A DNA stretch of 63,479 nt from the IMG/VR virus record IMGVR_UViG_3300020461_000006, positions 1-63,479 of that record; one strand, given 5' to 3'. The DNA comes from a virus (lineage: Duplodnaviria > Caudoviricetes). Positions 20,632 through 28,802 of this stretch are shown one piece after another. A program made the position numbers and the translations under genes. Under the pieces are notes generated by a model, which saw only the letters and a program-made list of their open reading frames with translations, was not told where the DNA came from and made no database searches. How positions within the stretch are numbered: the first letter of the stretch is position 1; each line of letters begins with the position of its first letter.

Positions 20632-21534
20632 TCAGGCCTTTTCGACGTACAGGACGCTCTTGGGGTAGTACAGAGCGACACCGCCGACGCGTGCGTGAGC
20701 AGCAACGCTGAATTCCAGGTTGTTGCGGACAGGAGGCAGGAACTCCAGGGTGCGGGGGATGTGCAGCTGAAGCTTCTCGGGGGAGCGGTCGTAGCAGATG
20801 ATCCGATCCTTGGTCAGCACAGACTTGCCAGCTTCCAGCTCGTTGATCGGCTCGATGGAGCGGATGAACGGGTTGGTACGCAGGAAGAATTCCAGAACCG
20901 TGGTGTCGCTGGTGGTGGAGCGAGCGGTGGTGGAGATGATGCGATACACGTCGTAGGGGACGAGCATCGTGTTGGGGGATTCCTTCATGTTGGAACCCTG
21001 GACAATGCTGGTGGGGGCTTCGTTCAGAAGCTCCAACATTTCATCCGTGGTGCAGTTGTCGAACCATTTGTTAGGAACGGTCTTGTCAACGTTTGCGTTG
21101 TTGAAGAAGCCGTCCATAGAGACTGCAGTCTCGCCGAAGTAGGCGACGGATTGCACCTTCTCCTCGTAGGCACGACGTACTGCATTCGCGCGTCGCTGCT
21201 CAAGGTTCATGCCGGGCACCATTGCGGCGGCACGGGTTTCCTGGATGGTGTAGGCGAAGGAGGCACCCAGGCTGCGGACCTGATGGGTGACTTCCTTACG
21301 CAGCACGTCAGCGCGAGGCAGATCCGAGGCTTTGTCCTGGATCAGCTTCATGCTTCCCTGAGCATCGAAGATGCGGTATGTGAAGCTATCGGCACCGGGT
21401 CCAATCTCGGTCGAGATGGGAATTACGGTCGAATATTTGATATCGGCATACTGAACCTCGAAAGTTCTTGCCAATACCTGTTCTAATTCGCGAGCCAAAA
21501 ATAGGCCCACATCGTCATTGCGAATTTCAGACAT
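20632..21534 (-). CDS. Major capsid protein (DUF2184 / encapsulin-related HK97 fold)
   Basis: FLARELEQV, DLPRAD, YTIQETRAA, GGVALYYP motifs; strong GGAGG ribosome-binding site; biased codon usage. Confidence 0.9.
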   Translation of the reverse strand: MSEIRNDDVGLFLARELEQVLARTFEVQYADIKYSTVIPISTEIGPGADSFTYRIFDAQGSMKLIQDKASDLPRADVLRKEVTHQVRSLGASFAYTIQETRAAAMVPGMNLEQRRANAVRRAYEEKVQSVAYFGETAVSMDGFFNNANVDKTVPNKWFDNCTTDEMLELLNEAPTSIVQGSNMKESPNTMLVPYDVYRIISTTARSTTSDTTVLEFFLRTNPFIRSIEPINELEAGKSVLTKDRIICYDRSPEKLQLHIPRTLEFLPPVRNNLEFSVAAHARVGGVALYYPKSVLYVEKA

Positions 21535-21549
21535 TAGGGTTGCCTCCTA

Positions 21550-22164
21550 TCAAGTATCGGCAGTAACAGTGAGAGTCGGGATGTCGATCTCAAGCAGTGC
21601 AATTGCACCTGCGGAAGCAGCACTCAGCCAGCGAGCACCCGCAGTTACCAGGAAGGTTTTTCCTGCTTCTGCATCTTTCGCGAAGCGGCCTTTGTATCCA
21701 TAATTGCTTGAGGCAGACGCGGAATCGGTGTGATAAACGCGAACTGCATCGCCGAGGGCGACAGCATCGGTGGTGTAGACATAAATCACGCCCTTTGAAA
21801 GGACGTTCACCATTTGCTTATCGGGGTACCCGACTCGACCATCAGAGGTCTTATAAGTCGGAGTGCTGGTATAGGTGGATTGTGCAGCGTTCTCAAAAAC
21901 GTTGCTATCCACGGCAATACCGAGGATGTCGGTGGCAGTAGCACCAGCAGGGAGCTTGGCACCCAGACCGGAGGTTGCAGAGCCATCGATGATCACAGCG
22001 TGACCGTAAGGAATTACGGCGCTGGATTCGTTGGTGTAGGACCGGGAGACATAAGCCTGCAGGTCGGCGATCAAACCCTCATGACCATTGGTCAGAGCCA
22101 GGGGATAAGCGCCCTGTGCTCCTGCGGGGTTCGAAACGTTGGTATCGGTGAAAGTAACAGCCAT
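21550..22164 (-). CDS. Capsid decoration/cement protein
   Basis: IPYGHAV, VNVLSKGVIYV motifs; between DUF2213 and capsid; AGGAG RBS. Confidence 0.75.
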   Translation of the reverse strand: MAVTFTDTNVSNPAGAQGAYPLALTNGHEGLIADLQAYVSRSYTNESSAVIPYGHAVIIDGSATSGLGAKLPAGATATDILGIAVDSNVFENAAQSTYTSTPTYKTSDGRVGYPDKQMVNVLSKGVIYVYTTDAVALGDAVRVYHTDSASASSNYGYKGRFAKDAEAGKTFLVTAGARWLSAASAGAIALLEIDIPTLTVTADT

Positions 22165-22179
22165 TAGTATTCGCTCCTA

Positions 22180-23421
22180 TCAAACGTGAGCAGTGAGATC
22201 TGACTTCCAACCGTTGAGCAGTTGCTCGCGGTAGGAATCACCGGAGTCGAGCTTCTCGGAGCCAGAAACGGCAGCGATTGCAGCGCGGACTTCAGCGACG
22301 TTGGAGCCGTCAGCTTCGGGTTGGAATTCGGCGTCAGCCTTGATTTCCTCTTCGTCCTCCTCGACGTCTTCCATAGCGGCGAGAACACCGTCAAGGACGC
22401 CCAGCAGGTAGTCGTTGTTGGCATCTTCGCGAGGAGCCTGTTCGAAGACGTTCTCGTAAGCGATAGCCATGATGGCCCGCTCATCTTCGCCGTCGAATTT
22501 GTACTCGTCCGGAAGGATGGGAGCGAACTTGTCCAGGGTTGCGAGGCGTGCGTTGACGGCCTCATTAATTTCTGCAGCGTCATCGCGCTTGTCTGCAGCT
22601 TCAGCAGATTCAGCGACTTGCTTTTCGAGTTCTTCGATACGCTCCAGAGCCGCATCAAGGCGACCAAGAGTTTCTTCGTTCTCTGTAACTACGGCTTGAA
22701 TTTGTTCTTCCTGAGAATCCAGCTTGCTTTGGAGGTCAGCCTTGGCACGCTCAGCCTCCTTAGCGAAGGATTGGACCGCGCCAGCAGTTTCTGCGGGAAG
22801 TTCAAGATCCAGGCCGTCGAGGGTGATTCGTGCCATGGAAATAACGGGCGAATTCGACGGGGTTTCATCCCACGCAATCGCATCATTGCGATCACATGAG
22901 TCGAGGATTAGGCGAACGTCACGACCCGCACGTCCCTTCGGAACAATCGCGATATGGTTAATCCGAATGTTGCGTTGGACGCCGTCGTAACTTTCACCTT
23001 GTGGTGTAACACCGGGGGTAGGATCAAAGTCAACGCGATAACCGCTGCTGACTTCCTGTGCATCGCCTCGCTGGATACGCTCAATAGCGCCCTTATCAGT
23101 GATAAGAAGCGCGACTTCTACGAACCCATCGTTGTAACGAACCTGCGAACCCGCATGTCCGATTTGATGCACCTTTGTGTTATCAGCATCAAGCAGAACC
23201 GGGGGATGACCCATGGTTACTGACTTCATACCGAAGGAAGCAAGAGACTCAGGCTTCGCTACTTCTTCTTCGGGGCGGTATTCACGGCACTGTTGGCCGT
23301 CACCACGGGTATAAAGCTGAGTCCCTACACGGGCCGCCTTACACCACACTTTCAAATACCCTTCATCCGTAGTTTCGGACTTAGATATTTGACCGTAATC
23401 GTAACGATGACAAGTCTCCAT
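22180..23421 (-). CDS. DUF2213 protein (putative prohead protease + scaffold)
   Basis: TDEGYL, ARVGTQLY, RPEEEV, VTMGHP, EVSSGY, QRNIRINHIAIVPKGRAG; acidic coiled-coil C-terminus. Confidence 0.9.
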   Translation of the reverse strand: METCHRYDYGQISKSETTDEGYLKVWCKAARVGTQLYTRGDGQQCREYRPEEEVAKPESLASFGMKSVTMGHPPVLLDADNTKVHQIGHAGSQVRYNDGFVEVALLITDKGAIERIQRGDAQEVSSGYRVDFDPTPGVTPQGESYDGVQRNIRINHIAIVPKGRAGRDVRLILDSCDRNDAIAWDETPSNSPVISMARITLDGLDLELPAETAGAVQSFAKEAERAKADLQSKLDSQEEQIQAVVTENEETLGRLDAALERIEELEKQVAESAEAADKRDDAAEINEAVNARLATLDKFAPILPDEYKFDGEDERAIMAIAYENVFEQAPREDANNDYLLGVLDGVLAAMEDVEEDEEEIKADAEFQPEADGSNVAEVRAAIAAVSGSEKLDSGDSYREQLLNGWKSDLTAHV

Positions 23422-23430
23422 ACCCTGATA

Positions 23431-23928
23431 CTAACTAAGTTTAACCGAGTTAGTAATATCTACCCCTTTTGTGAGGTAAGAATCCATGGTCAACTGTTTT
23501 ACGGTTGACGTATCAGTAATTAGATACGGATCCCAATTGAAAGAGTTAAATTGTTTCCTGAGCTTTTTCTGTGGCGGGTGCCAGTGGATCGATTGATGAG
23601 TATGAGCACTCAGGGGAACCATCCAAATGTGACCATATTCCAACGAAACGATGCCGAAATAATCAATCTCGTCTGCCGTATAAAGTCTCGCACCACCTTT
23701 GCAGCTTGTATTAAGGGTTGCTGCGTAATAATCAGACCCATCTTTTCTGCATCGGTACAGCGTCTTCACATTCACACGCACCAATTGCCCGTTCCACTCC
23801 ACGACGTAATCGACGCGATGTAGATCATGCTTTGGTGCGGCAATAAAGATGCCGTTTTGAAGGAAATGACCTTCAAATAGGTGCTCACCCTGTGCCCCTC
23901 GATGAGAGGCATTGCTGATAAAGGTCAA
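23431..23928 (-). CDS. Free-standing PD-(D/E)XK endonuclease (group I intron-associated type)
   Basis: GAQGE...VDYVVE...RVNVKT...YTADEIDYF pattern. Confidence 0.75.
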   Translation of the reverse strand: MTFISNASHRGAQGEHLFEGHFLQNGIFIAAPKHDLHRVDYVVEWNGQLVRVNVKTLYRCRKDGSDYYAATLNTSCKGGARLYTADEIDYFGIVSLEYGHIWMVPLSAHTHQSIHWHPPQKKLRKQFNSFNWDPYLITDTSTVKQLTMDSYLTKGVDITNSVKLS

Positions 23929-23961
23929 TAGGCCGAATCAGTTAGACCTATGTAGCAGATA

Positions 23962-24051
23962 TTAGTGAGGCTTGATTTGGGTCATGTAAATGGTGGCTAG
24001 CAGGAGGCTAATCATCCACGACACGCCGAATGTGATCACGCCTTTAAACAT
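23962..24051 (-). CDS. 29-aa hydrophobic peptide MFKGVITFGVSWMISLLLATIYMTQIKPH
   Basis: TGATG coupling to upstream gene; single TM-like segment; below ORF-track cutoff. Confidence 0.5.
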   Translation of the reverse strand: MFKGVITFGVSWMISLLLATIYMTQIKPH

Positions 24052-24545
24052 CAGTAAGAGCGTTTTTTGTATGCGTCCATGATCTTTGCCATGCGATCAC
24101 GCACGTTCTTGGTCTTGGCGTGCCCGTCTTTGTAGAAAGATCCCAGGCGGTATGCACCGGCAGGTCGCTTGCTTCTCTTCTTCATGAAATCAGGCTCGTA
24201 CTTACGTCGTGCTTTGAGGATTGCTGCCTTGTGACGTCGCTTGCCTTTCGTCATTGCGGACTTGACCGCAACCTTGTGTCGACGTTGACCCTTGATGACT
24301 GCAGCTTTGTGTCGGCGCATTCCTAGTGCCGTTGCCCGCTCAGCTCTCAGACTGAGGGTGGGCGTCATCTTGATTGTGGTGACGGAGCCTGGCTTACGGC
24401 GTTTCAGTGCAGCTGCACCACCAGCAATGACCCCAGCGGCAGCGACTGCTTTTACAGCAGTGCCAGCGCCGGAGCCCTTGGAGCACTTAGCGGTGTTCGG
24501 GATGTAAGAAGCACCGCACTTCTTGTCAGTGCGTGATGTGGTCAT
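24051..24545 (-). CDS. Highly basic head-module protein with RTDKKCGASYIPNTAKC tag
   Basis: Lys/Arg-rich; shared Cys tag; internal RRHK repeats. Confidence 0.75.
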   Translation of the reverse strand: MTTSRTDKKCGASYIPNTAKCSKGSGAGTAVKAVAAAGVIAGGAAALKRRKPGSVTTIKMTPTLSLRAERATALGMRRHKAAVIKGQRRHKVAVKSAMTKGKRRHKAAILKARRKYEPDFMKKRSKRPAGAYRLGSFYKDGHAKTKNVRDRMAKIMDAYKKRSY

Positions 24546-25021
24546 AGGTTGTACTTCCTAAGGAGTCGCCTACTCAACAACGCAGAAGCTCCAATTGATC
24601 CAGCAAGAATGCCCAATTCAGCTGCAGCTTTGCCTGCCTTTTTGAGTCCCTTGCCTGCGCCTCCGCGTTTCTTCTTTACCTGCTTACTTTTCTGACTGCT
24701 TGACCCCAGCTCAGCCTTTCCTTCTGGGGTTTTGAAGTATTCCATGGCAAGCTTCTCTGCCTTGGGGCTGTTTGCTCCCAGCTTGCTCGGGTCAATACCT
24801 TTGTTCTTGAGGAACTTTGCGTAAGCACCCTTTGCTTGCACCGATTCTCCACCCCATTTTTCAGGGCTGTTAGCACCGCCGGTCTTCGCACGCCCCTTAG
24901 CCTGGCCTGCCCCCTTTTGACACTTAGCGTTCTGGGGAATGTAGGAGTTACCGCAGGGTTTATCCAACCGGACAGCATTGAACTGATCAACGCTGTCATT
25001 GAGCACATCAGGGGTAAACAT
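24542..25021 (-). CDS. Basic head-module protein with RLDKPCGNSYIPQNAKC tag
   Basis: Shared Cys tag; C-terminal hydrophobic Gly/Ala segment. Confidence 0.75.
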   Translation of the reverse strand: MFTPDVLNDSVDQFNAVRLDKPCGNSYIPQNAKCQKGAGQAKGRAKTGGANSPEKWGGESVQAKGAYAKFLKNKGIDPSKLGANSPKAEKLAMEYFKTPEGKAELGSSSQKSKQVKKKRGGAGKGLKKAGKAAAELGILAGSIGASALLSRRLLRKYNL

Positions 25022-25023
25022 GA

Positions 25024-25962
25024 TCAGCGGCGTTTTTTCTTAGATCCAGGAAGCATCTCCATACCCCCGCCTTGATAGGAACGCACACCTTGAGCACGAC
25101 GTGACGCCGTTTGACGAAGTTGTGTCATCCGGCGGCGTAGGTTTTTAGAACCACCAGTCCGTTTGTATCCAGCAATTCCGCCGAGAGCTGCTTCCTGGCC
25201 GACACCAAATGCAGCAAGCTTGCCTGCAGATTTAGAAAACTCTTTTGCTAGTCCTTTGTTGCCTAAACGAGAAGCTTTAGACGCACCAGCCAATTGAGCT
25301 GCTGATGCACCCAGGGAAACATTACGGAGTCCGCGGGAGGCCATACCGAGGTTGCCCGTCAACAGACCTGCATAGGCTTGAGTAGCACCAACACCAATTG
25401 CAGCACCACTACCTACGTTGGCGGCGAACTCACCTGCTCTTTTTATCTTGTTGCCAACACCTTTTGTAGTGGCTTTCGCCTTATAGAACTGGGCTCGACG
25501 TTTCTCAACAGCTGGGCCTGACCCCTGCAGTTGCCTCAAGGAAAAGTCACTGGGTTTTGTACCAGCCTTTTTGGCTTTACCTGCTCCCTTAGAACACTTC
25601 TCGTTCTGAGAAATATATGAGTTGCCGCAGGGTTTGTCGGCACGCTCCTCTTCGTCATCGTTAATCAGAAGTCCACTGAGTTCTTCAGCGACCGCATCAC
25701 ACTTCTTGCCATAACCATCAGCGTATGGACCCTTACGACCCATGTCTTCCTTGCTGCACTTCTTGCAGCCATCCTTGTCGTAGTAGCCAGCAGGATTGCC
25801 CTTAGGATCCTGTCGCTTCACGCCTTTCTTCTTCTTTGCAGTCTTAGCTGAATCCCTGAAATCCTTTGCAGAAGGTGCGCCCTCTTCACCGGGCTTACGC
25901 ATCTTCTCACCGCGCTTACGTTTTGCGTGAATGTTGGCGTACAAGCCAGGTTTTTTGCTCAT
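25024..25962 (-). CDS. Basic head-module protein with RADKPCGNSYISQNEKC tag
   Basis: N-terminal GLYANIHAKRKR module; internal Cys tag; Gly/Ala-rich hydrophobic segments. Confidence 0.75.
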   Translation of the reverse strand: MSKKPGLYANIHAKRKRGEKMRKPGEEGAPSAKDFRDSAKTAKKKKGVKRQDPKGNPAGYYDKDGCKKCSKEDMGRKGPYADGYGKKCDAVAEELSGLLINDDEEERADKPCGNSYISQNEKCSKGAGKAKKAGTKPSDFSLRQLQGSGPAVEKRRAQFYKAKATTKGVGNKIKRAGEFAANVGSGAAIGVGATQAYAGLLTGNLGMASRGLRNVSLGASAAQLAGASKASRLGNKGLAKEFSKSAGKLAAFGVGQEAALGGIAGYKRTGGSKNLRRRMTQLRQTASRRAQGVRSYQGGGMEMLPGSKKKRR

Positions 25963-26819
25963 GTCTCCCTCGTTGGAGTAGGACCGAAAGTTTCAAACGA
26001 GGCGGGACCGTAACTTAAGTTCACGCCTTTAGATCTAGCGTAACTAAGAACTTCTTCTCGGTGCTTTTTTCTCAGCCGGTCATACTCTGGATCGATGTCA
26101 AATACATCGTCAGAGTAAGGAGCGAGATAACAACGGCAGCGAGGATGACGGGGTACAGCAATTGCATTTCTCTTAAATACGTTTCCCGCTTGTGATGTGC
26201 AGACTTCACAGGTGCGGTCGTCAGAAGTGGCGAAATACATCACCAGTTCAATTCCATTCTGCGCGTAGTAATTCCTAGATGCTTCGTTGTGAGCCCTTAA
26301 AGATTCGGTTCTTACAATGACTTCAGCGCGTGTTTTGGTGACGCGTAGTCGTCGCTTCAAGTCCTTGGTAATCAGCTCTGTAGGTCGTCCCTCGGCGATC
26401 CCTTGCGCTAATACTTCTGCAGCGGTAGTCGAAAATGTACGTCCATGTTTTTCTAGGTATCCTCTCGCTTGCCTCGCTGCTGCTGTCACTGCTTCTACTG
26501 GGACGGTTACAGCGACTTGAGACTGCGATACAGACTTCGATAGCTGTTCAGCTAGATCTAGGCCAAAGGATGTTGAGCGAGATAACAGGCGACGAAATGA
26601 GGTTAAGTATTCGTCAGATTGATCCGGACGAAGAGCAGGTATCAACTCCAAAGTCCGAGCGTTTCTCTCTGCAGTCTGAAATTGACCGCTTCGTAACTGA
26701 GCGTAGGTACGCCGAAGAAGACGATTGAAAGCCTTATCTAATGACTTATTGACGATCTCAATGGTCTGATTTTCCTGGCCCTTCAAGGCTGTGTTGTAAG
26801 CCTCAATCAGATCTTCCAT
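25959..26819 (-). CDS. Minor head / head morphogenesis protein (SPP1 gp7 / Mu gpF family)
   Basis: RAEVIVRTE, DDRTCEVC, PRHPRCRC. Confidence 0.92.
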   Translation of the reverse strand: MEDLIEAYNTALKGQENQTIEIVNKSLDKAFNRLLRRTYAQLRSGQFQTAERNARTLELIPALRPDQSDEYLTSFRRLLSRSTSFGLDLAEQLSKSVSQSQVAVTVPVEAVTAAARQARGYLEKHGRTFSTTAAEVLAQGIAEGRPTELITKDLKRRLRVTKTRAEVIVRTESLRAHNEASRNYYAQNGIELVMYFATSDDRTCEVCTSQAGNVFKRNAIAVPRHPRCRCYLAPYSDDVFDIDPEYDRLRKKHREEVLSYARSKGVNLSYGPASFETFGPTPTRET

Positions 26820-26822
26820 CTT

Positions 26823-27023
26823 TTACACAAGGTCGTTAAGCAGCAAGGTATCCATGAGCACGCAGAACAACCCGTCACGAAGCATCTCTAGCTCTACCTG
26901 CTCATTGGGATCGCCACCAGGCCAGCTTTTATAGGACTCAGTAACGCTCTTATGTAGCAACCGAAGAGCGGCGAGATTGCAGTTGATAGTTACCGGGAGA
27001 TCACCGTTGTCAGTTGGTTCCAT
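26823..27023 (-). CDS. Hypothetical protein
   Basis: 66 aa, WPGGDPNEQ motif; operon packing. Confidence 0.6.
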   Translation of the reverse strand: MEPTDNGDLPVTINCNLAALRLLHKSVTESYKSWPGGDPNEQVELEMLRDGLFCVLMDTLLLNDLV

Positions 27024-27150
27024 TTTGCTGGAGCTTCTTGTCGATCTTCAGGGCCTTCTTTAGCAACTTTTGAGCTTTCTTTCTTGTTGTGCAATTATCT
27101 GCATCTGTGAGAACTTGAATTAGCTTTTGATGTTGCTTTGCCCTGTTCAT
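27010..27150 (-). CDS. 46-aa basic hypothetical protein (MNRAKQHQKL...)
   Basis: Fills the gap between coupled genes; below ORF-track cutoff. Confidence 0.5.
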   Translation of the reverse strand: MNRAKQHQKLIQVLTDADNCTTRKKAQKLLKKALKIDKKLQQNGTN

Positions 27151-27152
27151 GA

Positions 27153-28802
27153 TCAGCTCCTGCGTGATCGTTTACCAGAGCACTTCCACTTAGCTCGCGA
27201 GAGGCACAGAGGAGTGTTCCGATCCTTTCCAGCGCAGTTTTTATTGTGAGATTTCATGTCTCCGAAACTACGAGCGCAGTAACGGTCACCTTTGTTGGTA
27301 CCAGGGGCAATGCTGTAACCCTTAGCTCCGTATTTGACGGTGCGCTTACGTCCCGTCTTGGGATTGGTCACCGTCTTACTGAACTTTTTTCCTTCGGCAT
27401 CCGCAGCCTCCGAATCACGGAACAGACGCTTGTGCTTCAAGGGATAAATACGATCTGCCTCGCTGTAGAAAGGCTTCTGCTCTGAGCTGAAGCTGCGCTT
27501 GCCTTGGGCTCCATACTTACCTGTGCCCTTAGCACGCATCTTCTCTAGCTCTCGTTTTTGATAGGCAGTCAGCCCGGTCTTGCGGAATTTGCTGCGGATC
27601 TTGCGGCGGTTCTTTAGAGCAGCTGCACCGCCTACAACCAGAGCAGCGCCTGCTGCTGCCTTAGCGATCGTGCGTGCGGTGTTCTTCTTTGTGCATTTGG
27701 CGTTATCCGGGATACCGGAGTTGCCGCACTTCTTGTCCTCACGCTCGGCCTCGTCCATCCCAAAGCGCTCCTGCCAAGAACGTGGATCAGGTTTAGGTCC
27801 TCTGACTCCCTCCGAACGAATGAAGCTAGAAACTGTTCTGCGTCCAGCCCTAAAGCTACGTTGAGCGGAGCTGATCCCAGCGTTGTAAGCGTTCTTGATT
27901 GGGTTTTGAGACTTGAGAAGCTTGCTCCTGAGTTTGGAGGCTCGGCTGGTAGTCGTGTTTAGTTGTTTGAACGCAGATTGATACGCAGACTCGCGAGTGT
28001 TGAAGTCAGATTGTGCCTTGTTGACTGCGTTGTTAGCCCTGCGGAAAGCAGTCTCAGCTGATTTCAGATTGGTAGCGCGTGCTCGATCGGTCTGAGCAAT
28101 CGATTGAGGATTCTGTCCTAGGGCAAATCCACTTCTGCGCTTGCCTTTGTTTTGCATGGCGGCTTTTGCAGCCTCCAATCGGGTTTTCTCAGTGCTGAGT
28201 TTTTCTTGGGCTTTGCTAAGTGTGCTTTGAGCGCTGTTGCGAGCAGATTCCAGGGGCTTGATCTGTTTTTCAAGTCGGAAACGCTGTCTTGTGAGACGTT
28301 TAAAGGCACCTAGATCTCGCTTACGGCGAGCAAATGCCATACCGACACCCGCTCCAATATCAAAACCACCGACAGCCATATTTGCTGCGCCTGCAACTGC
28401 AGCAGTCGTGCCACCAAAGGCGGAAGCAACACCAAGGCCTTGAGAAACGGCCCCAGATTTACGCTTTAACTTCAAGGCCAATGCTGGGTTTTTAGCTCCC
28501 AAAGTTGCGGCACCTGCAACAGCAGCACCAACAGCAGCGGCACCACCAATGGCAGTCAGGGCACGACGAGTTCTACGACGGCTGCGGGCTTTTTGAATCT
28601 TCTCCTTCTGCTCCGCCGAAAGCTGAACTGCATTGCCGCGAGTGGGAGGTGTTTGTCCTTCACCTTTGATGCGGCAGTTCCAGTGCTTGGGAATGCAGCG
28701 TCCACCACATTGCTTGCCTTTCTCGGTACAAGCACGTTGGGCTTTGGCGTCACCCCGTAACGCTGCCAAATAAAGTTCTTTTGATTCAGATCGCTTTGTC
28801 AC
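27153..28802 (-). CDS. Large basic multi-module head protein with Cys tags
   Basis: RGD...C-x5-CGGRCIPKHWNC at N-terminus; REDKKCGNSGIPDNAKC internally; coiled coil; C-terminal YCARS Cys module. Confidence 0.75.
   Translation of the reverse strand: MTKRSESKELYLAALRGDAKAQRACTEKGKQCGGRCIPKHWNCRIKGEGQTPPTRGNAVQLSAEQKEKIQKARSRRRTRRALTAIGGAAAVGAAVAGAATLGAKNPALALKLKRKSGAVSQGLGVASAFGGTTAAVAGAANMAVGGFDIGAGVGMAFARRKRDLGAFKRLTRQRFRLEKQIKPLESARNSAQSTLSKAQEKLSTEKTRLEAAKAAMQNKGKRRSGFALGQNPQSIAQTDRARATNLKSAETAFRRANNAVNKAQSDFNTRESAYQSAFKQLNTTTSRASKLRSKLLKSQNPIKNAYNAGISSAQRSFRAGRRTVSSFIRSEGVRGPKPDPRSWQERFGMDEAEREDKKCGNSGIPDNAKCTKKNTARTIAKAAAGAALVVGGAAALKNRRKIRSKFRKTGLTAYQKRELEKMRAKGTGKYGAQGKRSFSSEQKPFYSEADRIYPLKHKRLFRDSEAADAEGKKFSKTVTNPKTGRKRTVKYGAKGYSIAPGTNKGDRYCARSFGDMKSHNKNCAGKDRNTPLCLSRAKWKCSGKRSRRS

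Noticed and set aside
20695-22899. Long plus-strand ORFs (263 aa, 225 aa) opposite capsid and DUF2213
   Set aside because: Antisense shadows caused by codon bias; no recognisable motifs
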